From IMG/VR virus record IMGVR_UViG_3300034157_000063: a stretch of DNA of 64,000 nucleotides; one strand, written 5' to 3'. Of this stretch, positions 19,939 through 29,737 are shown piece by piece. Under the pieces are notes generated by a model. It saw nothing but the letters and a program-made list of their open reading frames with translations. It was not told where the DNA came from and did not search any database. The translations under genes and the position numbers were made by a program. Each line of letters begins with the position of its first letter. The stretch's first letter is position 1. The DNA is from a virus (Duplodnaviria > Heunggongvirae > Uroviricota > Caudoviricetes).

Positions 19939-21855
19939 TTAACTTACACCGTAGTAACTTAGGAAGTTATCAATACTCACTTCTTGACCACGGAAGTTAT
20001 CATACAATTTCAATGGTTCAACACTGCTACCTTTTTCCAAGAATTCTTTCTTGAATTTGATAGCATTCTTTTCTTTGTCTTCAATGACATGCATAAACGC
20101 ATCGACTGAGTAAATATCAGCCCACATGTAACCATAATAACCAGCACTGTAACCACCCGCGAAGATGTGACCGAACGTATTTGGGAAAGAAGTGTCGTCA
20201 TCCACTTTTGATGGAAGAATTTCATTCGCAATAGATTTGTAGAAATCAGTAATATCACCTTCAAACGTGTTATAAAGGTTAATATCGAAGGTGGCAAGCA
20301 CCAACTGACGGGCATACATACTACCTACGTTGTAGTTCTTTGAAGCAATGATTGAATTCAGCATAACTTGTGGTATTTTCTCGCCTGTTTCAACATGCCC
20401 AGACACTGACATCAAAAACTCAGGATCGTAGGCGAATTGCTCAAGCATCTGACTTGGGATTTCAACCGCATCACGAGCCATGCCGCTGGTACCGGCCATA
20501 TCCGAATATTGAACCTTGGAACTGAAGTGGTGAACCGCATGACCCATTTCGTGTAAGAAGGTGACAATCTCATCAATATCCATACCGATATCTTTCTTGT
20601 TGATGTTGCAGCAAAGCGAAACAAGACCTACTTCGTCCAGCGTTACACCAGAAAGACAGGATACCCAAGCACCGCTACCTTTCAATTCTCTTTCATACAT
20701 GTCCACAATAAGGCGAGCTTTCAATACATTACCTTCGTACACTTTGAAACATTCACTGTCTTCATAAGGAAGGTCAAAAGCTTCTGTATCTTTGACAAAA
20801 GTAAAACCAAACAGTTTTTCAACCAGATTAAAAACACCTTCAAATACACGATCCTTATTGAAATATGGACGTTCCATGTTGAATTCATAGTTAAGCAATT
20901 TTTCTTTCTTGATGTTGCCATAGAAACCACGATTCCATTTTGGAATGGTATCCACACCAAATTCAGTTTTAGCAAACTGATTAAGGGCTTCGTATTCTAC
21001 TTTTGCCAACGGTTGCATTTTTTCTTTGATACGACCAAGGAAGTTGGTTACAACATCGTAAGTGGGAGCCATACGATCTTCTAACGCCATTTCAGTGTAA
21101 GATTTATAACCCATGATAGCGGCAATCTGTTGTTTCAAGCTCAAAATCTTTTTAGTCACTTCGGTGTTATCAAAGTTTGAACGTGGTGACCCCGGATATC
21201 CACTGGCTTCATAGATGATTTGTTTCAGTTCATCTGATGGCGATTTAACCATGATGTCACCCATCGCATTCTGGTTGAATTTCATTACCAGTTCGCCATC
21301 AATCTCTTTAAATGATTCAAGGTCTTTTTCTGATAGAGTCGCTTTGACTTCAGTTGTTAGGGTGTAGGACCACTCTTTTTTCGAGTCAATGAGGTTTTTG
21401 CTGAATAGCATTTGAGCAGTAGATAGCTCTTGGCTAATAGCATTCAGTTCATCCTGCTTGTCTTTTGGCAAATCAATACCAGACTTCTCGAACGCTTCGA
21501 TATAACGTTTTTTAAGACGTTCTTCTGTTTCATTTTCTGTTACCAATGATTTGATAAACTCGTAATGCACAGGGTCTTGGCTAAAAGGGTCAGAGTATTT
21601 TTCATATTCAGTGACCATAAATTCATACAGTTCACTGACTTCATCCGTTTTCTTGACATTTGAGAGGTAGTTGTAACGCAGGAAAATATCAGACATAGCT
21701 TTAGATTGGATATCGCTTTCTTTCATGTAATCATTGAACTTCATGCCTTTGTTATTTTTGATGAAGTCATAAATCCAAGTTTTATAACTTTCGAAGACAG
21801 CGAGAAATGTTTCTTTATCATTTGCTTTTGGTTGAAATAAGTCTTTATTGAACAT
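19939..21855 (-). CDS. M3-family zinc oligopeptidase (oligopeptidase A/PrlC-like)
   Basis: HEMGH, DAVEIPSQ, HIFAGGYSAGYYGYMWA; 638 aa; AAGGAG SD. Confidence 0.93.
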   Translation of the reverse strand: MFNKDLFQPKANDKETFLAVFESYKTWIYDFIKNNKGMKFNDYMKESDIQSKAMSDIFLRYNYLSNVKKTDEVSELYEFMVTEYEKYSDPFSQDPVHYEFIKSLVTENETEERLKKRYIEAFEKSGIDLPKDKQDELNAISQELSTAQMLFSKNLIDSKKEWSYTLTTEVKATLSEKDLESFKEIDGELVMKFNQNAMGDIMVKSPSDELKQIIYEASGYPGSPRSNFDNTEVTKKILSLKQQIAAIMGYKSYTEMALEDRMAPTYDVVTNFLGRIKEKMQPLAKVEYEALNQFAKTEFGVDTIPKWNRGFYGNIKKEKLLNYEFNMERPYFNKDRVFEGVFNLVEKLFGFTFVKDTEAFDLPYEDSECFKVYEGNVLKARLIVDMYERELKGSGAWVSCLSGVTLDEVGLVSLCCNINKKDIGMDIDEIVTFLHEMGHAVHHFSSKVQYSDMAGTSGMARDAVEIPSQMLEQFAYDPEFLMSVSGHVETGEKIPQVMLNSIIASKNYNVGSMYARQLVLATFDINLYNTFEGDITDFYKSIANEILPSKVDDDTSFPNTFGHIFAGGYSAGYYGYMWADIYSVDAFMHVIEDKEKNAIKFKKEFLEKGSSVEPLKLYDNFRGQEVSIDNFLSYYGVS

Positions 21856-21963
21856 TTAATTCTCCTTAATAATTCCCATGATTATACCTGTAACAATTGA
21901 AAAAATCAATTGACTTTTGAATAATATTTCTGTTATTCTATGTGCTATTATAGGAGAAGTTAT

Positions 21964-22467
21964 ATGGGAACTGATGTGATGATATATTTGGGTCCGACTA
22001 TTGTTGTGCCAACAAAAACTGTTAAAACCACTGTAGATTTGTATTGTTGTTCGTCTACTTCCTGTAAAAAGCATACCAAAGCAGCTTCTGAAGCTGATAA
22101 GTTTTGTTCGAGTTGTGGATCAGCTAATCAAAATAGACAAGTTGCGTCTTCATCAAGTCTTGAACCTTATGAGGAAGATGCTGATAATGATTATGACCAT
22201 TGGTATGAATTGTTTGAAAATCATAATGTTGATGATCGAACCATTTACACTCCTAATTTTGATTTGGATGAAAAGGATATTTTTAGTGTTTATGACTCTG
22301 AAAAATATAGTGAATTCGATTTTGATTTGAGTAATGTTGATTTAAAGAGTAATCTTGACAAATTTAAACAATTACCCGAAACAAAAGAAGTGCTTGAATT
22401 GCTTCAACGTTTTTATAACGATGATGAAATTATTATCAGTTATAGATTATTTAAATACTGTTGTTAA
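21964..22467 (+). CDS. Zinc-ribbon-containing acidic protein
   Basis: CCxxxxC...FCSSCG; ATG 21964 after AGGAG. Confidence 0.75.
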   Translation: MGTDVMIYLGPTIVVPTKTVKTTVDLYCCSSTSCKKHTKAASEADKFCSSCGSANQNRQVASSSSLEPYEEDADNDYDHWYELFENHNVDDRTIYTPNFDLDEKDIFSVYDSEKYSEFDFDLSNVDLKSNLDKFKQLPETKEVLELLQRFYNDDEIIISYRLFKYCC

Positions 22468-22480
22468 TGAATGATTGTTA

Positions 22481-22507
22481 AAAAAGCCACTTTCGAGTGG
22501 CTTTTTT
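22481..22507. terminator. Bidirectional terminator
   Basis: AAAAAGCCACT-ttcg-AGTGGCTTTTTT. Confidence 0.85.
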
Positions 22508-22525
22508 GTCTTTAATAAGTCGCTA

Positions 22526-23065
22526 TTAGATTAAAGATTTCAACAACGGTGTTGGATCAAGTAAATATTCTGGCTTATCTGTGTGTAATGTCCATTCTGT
22601 AATAGGTGTAACAGCTTCTGGTTGATACATTTCAATATGCAACATTGCCATCGGGCGACCTTTGTCTTTTAATAGAACGGTTCTAATATGACCAATCACT
22701 TCACCTGCTTTGACAACGTAGCCTTCTTTCATGTGTTCTGCAGGAATAAGTTCTCCATAGTTAATAATGTAACCATCATGCTCAATAAAGATAGAATAGG
22801 TATTGTTCCACCAAGGAGTGTTAGCAATTTCACCTGTGAATGGGATTATTTTGCGAATGATACCCTTTTCAATAGCAACCACATCGTCACCTTCTTCAGC
22901 ATACAGATCAACACCTTCATGAATATGGTTCTTACGCACATAGCCAAATGACCCCGGATGAGGTGCAACGGGAATTTCAGTTGTTTCTTTATATGAAAGA
23001 AGAAATGCTGTATTGCTATCATTAATGGTGATGTTATCTTTTTTCAAAGGAAAATATCTTAACAT
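22526..23065 (-). CDS. M23-family metallopeptidase
   Basis: HEGVDLY (HxxxD), VKAGEVIG, LHIE, LLDP motifs. Confidence 0.85.
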   Translation of the reverse strand: MLRYFPLKKDNITINDSNTAFLLSYKETTEIPVAPHPGSFGYVRKNHIHEGVDLYAEEGDDVVAIEKGIIRKIIPFTGEIANTPWWNNTYSIFIEHDGYIINYGELIPAEHMKEGYVVKAGEVIGHIRTVLLKDKGRPMAMLHIEMYQPEAVTPITEWTLHTDKPEYLLDPTPLLKSLI

Positions 23066-23120
23066 GTGATGAACTCCTAATAATGCTTTATTATACTCTA
23101 TTTTTAATTAAATATAAAGT

Positions 23121-23146
23121 AAAAAGACCATCGCTGGTCTTTTTTA
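23121..23146. terminator. Intrinsic terminator
   Basis: AAAAAGACCA-tcgc-TGGTCTTTTT. Confidence 0.8.
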
Positions 23147-23149
23147 TTA

Positions 23150-23923
23150 TTAAAATTTCAATTTTCCTACATTTTTTGGTTTATGGTACACCATTTCATC
23201 GGGTCTAATGATTTTGTTAATATGACTCCCAATCATAACAGGGTTTTTCATGTTGGTCATAAGTTGAAAGGCTTCTTCACTGTCCAATATAGTTGATCTT
23301 TTAACGTTTCCTTTAAAATTTTGTTTAAGTGAAGCAATGGTTATCTCATCTTGAATATCGCTGAGCTTTTCTTTGTTGTCTGCATACACTTTAATATCAA
23401 AGTTTCCACGGTCTTTACTTCCATTGTCATAATAGTTTTTTGTAATGTGAACGCCTTCTTTTTCTAATATTTTATTGATAGTTTCAACTTTATCCATTGT
23501 TAATCCTAATATCTGAACATTCAATACTTGTGTTAAATATCCTGTGTTTTCTTTTGCTTCGTCAAATGAACGTTGAAGATTATTTAATTTTTGTGTAGCC
23601 GTATGATCGAGAACTTTCAATTTTTCATTGATAGCAGTAGAGTTTAATTTTGCATAAGCGTCAGTTAATAGTTTATCAACACTGGCAGAGTCTTTTGAAT
23701 TTATTAATCCTGCTTTTGCCATATCATCCAACCAATTTACAAGTTTGTCTTTAACATCAGTAAAAGGTTCCTCGTAGGATAAGCTATCAATGCTGGTTAA
23801 TTTGTCAGTTTCTGCTTGATATTCGTTTCTTTCTATACAGGCTCCCTGATACATCTTGAAAAATCCTTGCATATTGTTTCTATTATAATCAATTTGTGTT
23901 GTATGAGTTGAGTATTCTTTCAT
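23150..23923 (-). CDS. Hypothetical protein with basic C-terminal tail
   Basis: 257 aa; ends KPKNVGKLKF. Confidence 0.8.
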   Translation of the reverse strand: MKEYSTHTTQIDYNRNNMQGFFKMYQGACIERNEYQAETDKLTSIDSLSYEEPFTDVKDKLVNWLDDMAKAGLINSKDSASVDKLLTDAYAKLNSTAINEKLKVLDHTATQKLNNLQRSFDEAKENTGYLTQVLNVQILGLTMDKVETINKILEKEGVHITKNYYDNGSKDRGNFDIKVYADNKEKLSDIQDEITIASLKQNFKGNVKRSTILDSEEAFQLMTNMKNPVMIGSHINKIIRPDEMVYHKPKNVGKLKF

Positions 23924-24064
23924 CAGATATTCCTGTTATTTTAATACATTATACTTTATTTTTGATAAATTGACAAATATTGTAAAAAACAAATAGAATC
24001 AACCAAAATAACTTGTCTTAGAGCTTTCTTAGTGTATAATTGAAAGTGAAAAGGAGTATTTGTT

Positions 24065-24685
24065 ATGAAAAAGAAACTGATTATATTTGACTGCTACGGT
24101 ACATTGTTAACGTCAACAGTTAGTAATCCACATGGTAAATTTTTAAGTTCTGTGGGCCTTAATCCGAGAGAGTTCCGTCGAAAAATAATGACTGAAAAAA
24201 ATGTTGACTGGCGTAGTTTAATTCCAGCCGATGTGAATGATGAATTTATTGCAGAAAATCTTGATAGTATGCAGTTAGAGCTTAAATTAGAATTAAAAAA
24301 TATCACACCTTACTTAAAAGATATCGGAAACAAACTGGATGAGTTAAGAAAGGATTACACCGTTGTGTTGCTTTCCAATCTTTCAGAAGAGTATGCTAAG
24401 CCGATTGAGAAATATTTAGCAAAACACGTTGACTACTGTTTCTATTCATTTGAAATAGGGAAGGCTAAGCCAGACCAAGAAGCGTTTGAACATGTTATTA
24501 CTTGGTATGAAGATAATTTTGAAACCATCAACCCGATGGAAATATTAGTTGTCGATGATAATAGTCAAAATATTAGTAAATGTAAGTTTATGGGTTGTCA
24601 TACATTTTTGGTGAATAATAGTTATTCAGAATCACCATTTTCCATTAAATCTTTCTTTGCTTGGTTAGACACCAAAGACCTTTAA
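24065..24685 (+). CDS. HAD-superfamily hydrolase
   Basis: FDCYGTL motif I, LSN, KP, VDD motif IV. Confidence 0.9.
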   Translation: MKKKLIIFDCYGTLLTSTVSNPHGKFLSSVGLNPREFRRKIMTEKNVDWRSLIPADVNDEFIAENLDSMQLELKLELKNITPYLKDIGNKLDELRKDYTVVLLSNLSEEYAKPIEKYLAKHVDYCFYSFEIGKAKPDQEAFEHVITWYEDNFETINPMEILVVDDNSQNISKCKFMGCHTFLVNNSYSESPFSIKSFFAWLDTKDL

Positions 24686-24693
24686 TCCATAAA

Positions 24694-24921
24694 TTAGCTC
24701 TGTTTCGACAGAGCTTTTTGTTTTTCTAAGGCTATTAGCATTTCAAGCTTATTTAAGTGGAGATGAAGCCCGCCTGCAGAATCTGTTCCACATGCTGAAC
24801 AATGAACCATTCTGAATAAATACGTGATTCTTTTGTCAGTTTTTAACTTTTTCATATGGATAATTTCAGCCAATGTATTTAAAGTACCGCAGATTGTACA
24901 TTCTTCGTCCATTTCATTCAT
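24694..24921 (-). CDS. Small zinc-ribbon protein (YgiT/MqsA-type finger-like)
   Basis: CTICG...CSACG; AAGGTG SD. Confidence 0.65.
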   Translation of the reverse strand: MNEMDEECTICGTLNTLAEIIHMKKLKTDKRITYLFRMVHCSACGTDSAGGLHLHLNKLEMLIALEKQKALSKQS

Positions 24922-25058
24922 ATCTTCACCTTTTAATTTGATGTCATTATAGTAATGTATCGCCTTTTCGTCAAGTTAACTGATCATAATTTATTTGTTA
25001 TTCATAGTCTTTTGTGGTATAATTTCGTCAACTTATAAACATAGGATATTTACTAATT

Positions 25059-25757
25059 ATGATTGATTATCATGTAGAAAAGAAATATGAATTGCCAAAA
25101 CGTTTCTTTGGTAAGTTTCCAAGTGAAAAATGGGATGAAATGATTGCCGATATCAATGATGACATAAATTATGAAGAAGCTAATGCTAAAATCATCAGCT
25201 TTATGACACAACTTAAACCTATTTTTGAAGGTGGTAAGGGATATCGTGTAAAAATATATAAATCATGCACACCCGCTTATAATAACCATGTGACGGTTTC
25301 AACTTTTAATATTGAAATATATTTGGATAAACAACGTATTGTTGAATTTGACTATTTTCCACTACGTTCTGATGGTTTGCCTAGTATTCATGACTATTAT
25401 ACTTTTTGGATTGATAGTACATTGTTTAACAAACAGTTATTGATTAAAAATTTGTATCATTTCAATGATGATTTCAAAATTGAATTTGTTAATCACATTT
25501 TCTTTAATTCTGGTTTTACAATTGATGCTGTGAGTGAACGAATTATTACTAAGGTTAGAACTCGAATCAAAGTAGATGGCAAAACCCGCGATGTTGCAGA
25601 TCTAAATTATGACTTTGAATCATTGTGTCATGATCTTATGAAAGAACCTAAGAAAGTCGTTCATGCCCTTTATTTTAGAAATAATGAAGTAACCTATGAA
25701 GACTTTATCAACAACGAAAAAGATTCACATGTACTATCAGCAATGGTTAATATTTAA
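25059..25757 (+). CDS. Hypothetical protein, MxxI-tail family
   Basis: Ends LSAMVNI; TGGTATAAT promoter. Confidence 0.8.
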   Translation: MIDYHVEKKYELPKRFFGKFPSEKWDEMIADINDDINYEEANAKIISFMTQLKPIFEGGKGYRVKIYKSCTPAYNNHVTVSTFNIEIYLDKQRIVEFDYFPLRSDGLPSIHDYYTFWIDSTLFNKQLLIKNLYHFNDDFKIEFVNHIFFNSGFTIDAVSERIITKVRTRIKVDGKTRDVADLNYDFESLCHDLMKEPKKVVHALYFRNNEVTYEDFINNEKDSHVLSAMVNI

Positions 25758-25768
25758 TAGGAGTTATT

Positions 25769-26992
25769 ATGTTGTTTGATCATTTAAAAGTAAATAAAGC
25801 TGATTTTAAAGAATTGTTATCTTCTAAACACTTTAAATTCAATGAAATTCCTATTGTTGATGATTATTTTTCACTGGACCCAGTAAAAGAAAAAGGCTAT
25901 ATTATTTTAGTAGAGCATCAACTATCTAGCATTATTGGTCTTATATTTTCCAGTATAAAAAAATCGCAATCAGCGACAATAATGCCATACATTGAAGATA
26001 TAGTTTCAGTTTCAGATAAAAATATTCCGTTTTCTATACCTGAAAAAACACATTTATTTTTTCATAATTCTGATAAAGTTGTTGTTTATTTCATATTTAA
26101 AGATAGTAAAATTAGTGTAATAATAAAAGACCTTTTACATATTATTATTGATGACACTGATGTTGTTAATTTATCCATCTCAGGATTTACATTATCTTTC
26201 AAGGATACGTTGAGATTTGACAAATTTTTACAATTGCTTCACGAAAACAATAAAGCGTATTTTGAGAGAAATTATGACTTGCCTTACACTGTTGAAAACA
26301 TTGCTAACATTAAGAAAATTATTAACACTAAATACAACATCAATGCAGTTAATTATCAAGATTCAGTTAATAAAAAATATAATCAAACAAAAATTGCCCA
26401 ACATATGAATGAACATTATGTAGGTGTTATGCTTTCATCCGTTGTTAACAATAATATATCTCTGAGTTTGTTGGTCACTGAACCAACAGTTGACATGTCA
26501 AGGAAACTTAATTCTGATGGCAAGTTTTCAGGCTGTGAACGTATTACCTTTCCAGTTAATAATTTGAATAAAGCAGAAAAGCTTTTCGATCATATATTAA
26601 TCAATGAATGGTCAAAACAAACACTGCAAATGGTTAATGCAATGATTTTGTATCAATCAGCGATTAATGGCGTCACCATTAAACATGTTTCAGTAGTCAT
26701 GCCTAAGCTGTATGAAGATAAAAAGAACCTTAGTAGCTTTGAATTGTTTAATGTGGTATCGGAAGCTGATGTTTATTTTGATAATCAACAACACTTTAAG
26801 ATTATTTTTGGTTTAAATATAAAAATTCAGGTTAAGGATGGTATTAAAATTGTTTATGACCATGAATTTAAGACTTTGGATGAGGCTTATGTTCATTTTA
26901 TTGATTATTTTAGAAAACGTATTATAAAGAAGATACCTTCTAGTGACATTAATAATAATACATTTAAATTGTTATCAATGATCAATATCTAA
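25769..26992 (+). CDS. Hypothetical protein, MxxI-tail family (long form)
   Basis: 407 aa; ends LLSMINI; similar size and weak resemblance to the 37230 and 38493 ORFs. Confidence 0.8.
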   Translation: MLFDHLKVNKADFKELLSSKHFKFNEIPIVDDYFSLDPVKEKGYIILVEHQLSSIIGLIFSSIKKSQSATIMPYIEDIVSVSDKNIPFSIPEKTHLFFHNSDKVVVYFIFKDSKISVIIKDLLHIIIDDTDVVNLSISGFTLSFKDTLRFDKFLQLLHENNKAYFERNYDLPYTVENIANIKKIINTKYNINAVNYQDSVNKKYNQTKIAQHMNEHYVGVMLSSVVNNNISLSLLVTEPTVDMSRKLNSDGKFSGCERITFPVNNLNKAEKLFDHILINEWSKQTLQMVNAMILYQSAINGVTIKHVSVVMPKLYEDKKNLSSFELFNVVSEADVYFDNQQHFKIIFGLNIKIQVKDGIKIVYDHEFKTLDEAYVHFIDYFRKRIIKKIPSSDINNNTFKLLSMINI

Positions 26993-27018
26993 AAATTTAA
27001 AGAAATATCTTTTGTTTA

Positions 27019-27048
27019 TTGACATAATAAGCTTTTTGATGTTATTAT
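27019..27048 (+). promoter_or_regulatory. Sigma70-type promoter of the AlaRS-like unit
   Basis: TTGACA-18 nt-TATTAT with TG extension. Confidence 0.7.
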
Positions 27049-27081
27049 GTTATAGACAACTTTTATAAATAGGAGGAAGCT

Positions 27082-27105
27082 ATGTCACAGCTAAACGCAA
27101 TCTAA
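27082..27105 (+). CDS. Leader ORF MSQLNAI (zero-frame start of the AlaRS-like gene)
   Basis: Perfect AGGAGG SD 5 nt before ATG; ATG TCA CAG CTA AAC GCA ATC TAA. Confidence 0.7.
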   Translation: MSQLNAI

Positions 27106-27980
27106 TTATCGAAACATACAAAGACCATTCCAGATTATATGAATTGGACTTTCATATAAATTCATCTGTCAAAAGTCCTGACGATACAACTCTGTTTACC
27201 ACATCTGGTATGCAACAATTTAAACCCTTATATTCTAATCTAGAATACACCAACACATTTACCAACATCCAGCAATGTCTAAGAATTAATGATCTAGACG
27301 AAATAGGCGATGGCACACACTTTTTAAAATTTGAAATGATAGGTTTATTTTCATTTAGACAATGGACACTTAAACAAGCTATTGATTTCATGTATTCCTT
27401 TGTTAACAAGCTGGGTATTATTCCAGACTATGTAACTATTCACCCTGATAAATATGAAGACTGGAAAGACCTTTATTCTGAATATGGCGTTGAAATACGT
27501 TTAGATCCTGAATGTGTCTGGTCAGATGGTAGTATTGGTGGATATTGCACAGAGTTTTACAAGAACGATGTTGAGATAGGGAATATTGTGAATACAATGG
27601 ATACTTGCATAGATGTGGGTTTTGGACTTGAAAGACTGCTTGAAGTGACTGGAAGCTTAAGACCGAAAAGTAAGCTTCAAATCCTTGAAGAAACTGCTTT
27701 ATTATTGATAGACGATGGTGTATTACTTGGTCACAATAAGAAAGAATACATTTTGAAAAAACTAATCACTGAATCTATTTTTCATGGTAGTCAAATAAGT
27801 AATGAATTTTTTGATCGAATTCGTTTCAATCAAGAAAAAGCTTATTCTACTTATATGAGGAAAAGAAACCATAAACGCTTTAAAGATAAAGATTCCATTT
27901 TCTGGATGGATACCTATGGTTTTAATATTAGTCGAATGGATGAATATGTATCAGTGTTTGGAAAAAAAGAAGACTCGTAA
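27082..27980 (+). CDS. Alanyl-tRNA synthetase-like protein, catalytic core only (no editing or C-Ala domain); probably expressed by -1 frameshift from the leader
   Basis: DDTTLFTTSGMQQFK, QQCLRINDL...HFLKFEMIGLFSF, YCTEFY, VEIGNIV, IDVGFGLERL match class II AlaRS motifs 1-3. The frame is open upstream of TTG 27144 back to 27069. Confidence 0.88.
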
Positions 27981-27992
27981 GAGTCTTTTTTT
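27966..27992. terminator. Bidirectional terminator
   Basis: AAGACTC-gtaa-GAGTCTT flanked by A and T tracts. Confidence 0.8.
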
Positions 27993-28006
27993 ATTTTAAA
28001 CTTTTC

Positions 28007-28195
28007 CTATAAATTTATCGGACCTATATATTCTGCTTTGATGTAATAACTTGGTGTTGTTAAACGACCACCATATTTTTCATAAGTCTCTTGAACCATT
28101 TTTTTCGCCTCTTCTTCTGTTGGATAATCAGTGTTCCAAGTCTCTTGCTTCCAACTGTCACTGTCAAAATACTTAACTCTATATACTGTAGGCAT
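28007..28195 (-). CDS. Small hypothetical protein
   Basis: 62 aa; AAGGAG SD; own TTGACA promoter. Confidence 0.75.
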   Translation of the reverse strand: MPTVYRVKYFDSDSWKQETWNTDYPTEEEAKKMVQETYEKYGGRLTTPSYYIKAEYIGPINL

Positions 28196-28253
28196 AATAG
28201 CATCTCCTTTTTGTTATTCATAACACATTGAAGAGTGAAATGTCAACTATTTT

Positions 28254-28445
28254 TTAAGATGTTTTTGCTTTAATTATATACGCTTTCCACTTTCCATGTT
28301 TTAAATGGAATCTTGAATACTTTTCAGGCACGAAGTGATTGCCTTCGCATGGAGGATGAGATTCAGGACCGTATAGACGCTCCCATAACGCAATGTTTCT
28401 GAATCTTACTTTCGGTTGTAGAAATTTGTTCATCATTTTATTCAT
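28254..28445 (-). CDS. Small hypothetical protein
   Basis: 63 aa; AAGGAG SD right after the PcfJ-like gene. Confidence 0.7.
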   Translation of the reverse strand: MNKMMNKFLQPKVRFRNIALWERLYGPESHPPCEGNHFVPEKYSRFHLKHGKWKAYIIKAKTS

Positions 28446-28456
28446 AATAAATCTCC

Positions 28457-29584
28457 TTAGTAACGGTAGCTTAGGTTAAGGTTGTTCTCGTTAGACCAAA
28501 GTCTAATAAGATTGTCTTCTTCACCCGTTGTTTTTCTGTTTGCAAAACCACGAGCTTGGACAACACAACGGTTGGATCTGACTTCAATGGTGACTTTACG
28601 TTTACCATTGACTTTCAATGACCAGATTGAGGCAGAGCCATCAATGCAAGAGTTTTTGTAGCCAAATACACAATGGTGTTGTTGTTTACCTTCATCCAAG
28701 AGTTCTTTGGATGACTTAATTTGTGTGATGGTCCATTCTTCTGCGTTATATTCATCTTTACGTTTGGTCAAGCTGAAATCTTTAAAATCATGCCCAGCCC
28801 AAGTGAATGAACCCATCTTTTTGGAACGACGAAGGTCATAGTGCCAGTCATGCATTCTCTTGGTGAGTGAGGCCAATGTCCATCCATTACCGAAAATATT
28901 GAAATTGTTGTTTTCGAGTTTTTGTGCGTTGATAAAGTCTACCAAGTCGTTAATTTGTTCAACGGTTTCTGGTGTTTTACCTTCTTGGGAGAAGAACTTA
29001 ACCACATTCTTCCAGAATTCAGTTTCATAACTCTTTTCATTGAGTTTGGATTTAGCAATACGCAACGCTGCACCCGCACGACCATCTTCTGCCAACGCAA
29101 TAGAATAAACGAGAGCTTGATCAATGGTGAGGTCAAAAGGGCAGTTAACAAACAGCAACCCTTCTTTTTTTGTCAAGAATGTTTTCAAATGTTCTTTGTA
29201 AAGAGAACCACCTGTTGCGGCACAGACAAACCATTTACGGTAACGAATGGCTGATGATTTTTTCTTGGTGTTGGTACGACCCGGAATAGATGGGCCATCC
29301 CATACTTGTTCAAGAATTTTTGGCGTTTTGTATTTTGAAAAAAGGAATTTAGCCAACATCCTTACTTTTTTATCACGATTGCTGGATTTTAACGTGTATT
29401 TAAAGCTGTCAGGATCGTTAATGGCGAACGTCAACAATTCAGGCTCAATTTCGCTGATAGCTGGCACTTCTTGTTTGGTTGAGTTTTCGACTTTAATTTT
29501 ATTGGAATGATTGGCAATAGATTGCTTGAATCGCATTTCACTGGATTCAAACTCTTCAATTTTCTTTTTATTTTGCTTACCCAT
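28457..29584 (-). CDS. PcfJ-domain protein
   Basis: C-terminal ELLDEGKQQHHCVFGY...IWSL...TIEV...QARGFANR pattern. Confidence 0.8.
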   Translation of the reverse strand: MGKQNKKKIEEFESSEMRFKQSIANHSNKIKVENSTKQEVPAISEIEPELLTFAINDPDSFKYTLKSSNRDKKVRMLAKFLFSKYKTPKILEQVWDGPSIPGRTNTKKKSSAIRYRKWFVCAATGGSLYKEHLKTFLTKKEGLLFVNCPFDLTIDQALVYSIALAEDGRAGAALRIAKSKLNEKSYETEFWKNVVKFFSQEGKTPETVEQINDLVDFINAQKLENNNFNIFGNGWTLASLTKRMHDWHYDLRRSKKMGSFTWAGHDFKDFSLTKRKDEYNAEEWTITQIKSSKELLDEGKQQHHCVFGYKNSCIDGSASIWSLKVNGKRKVTIEVRSNRCVVQARGFANRKTTGEEDNLIRLWSNENNLNLSYRY

Positions 29585-29682
29585 TTTTCAATACCTTTAA
29601 TTGAATATCTTTAATACTTTAATGATAGCACAAAATAACCCATTAGATCAAGTCTTTTTCTGTGTTTATTTCGGCTTATTTA

Positions 29683-29711
29683 TTGACTTTTTTTGATAAA
29701 AAATGTATAAT
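29683..29711 (+). promoter_or_regulatory. Sigma70-type promoter (representative of many in the window)
   Basis: TTGACT-17 nt-TATAAT. Confidence 0.75.
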
Positions 29712-29737
29712 TTTCGCTACATTATTGAGGATGACTA

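Noticed and set aside
27144-27146. TTG 27144 as the AlaRS-like start
   Set aside because: No SD in front of it, and it would remove the first helix of AlaRS motif 1, which is encoded in frame upstream.
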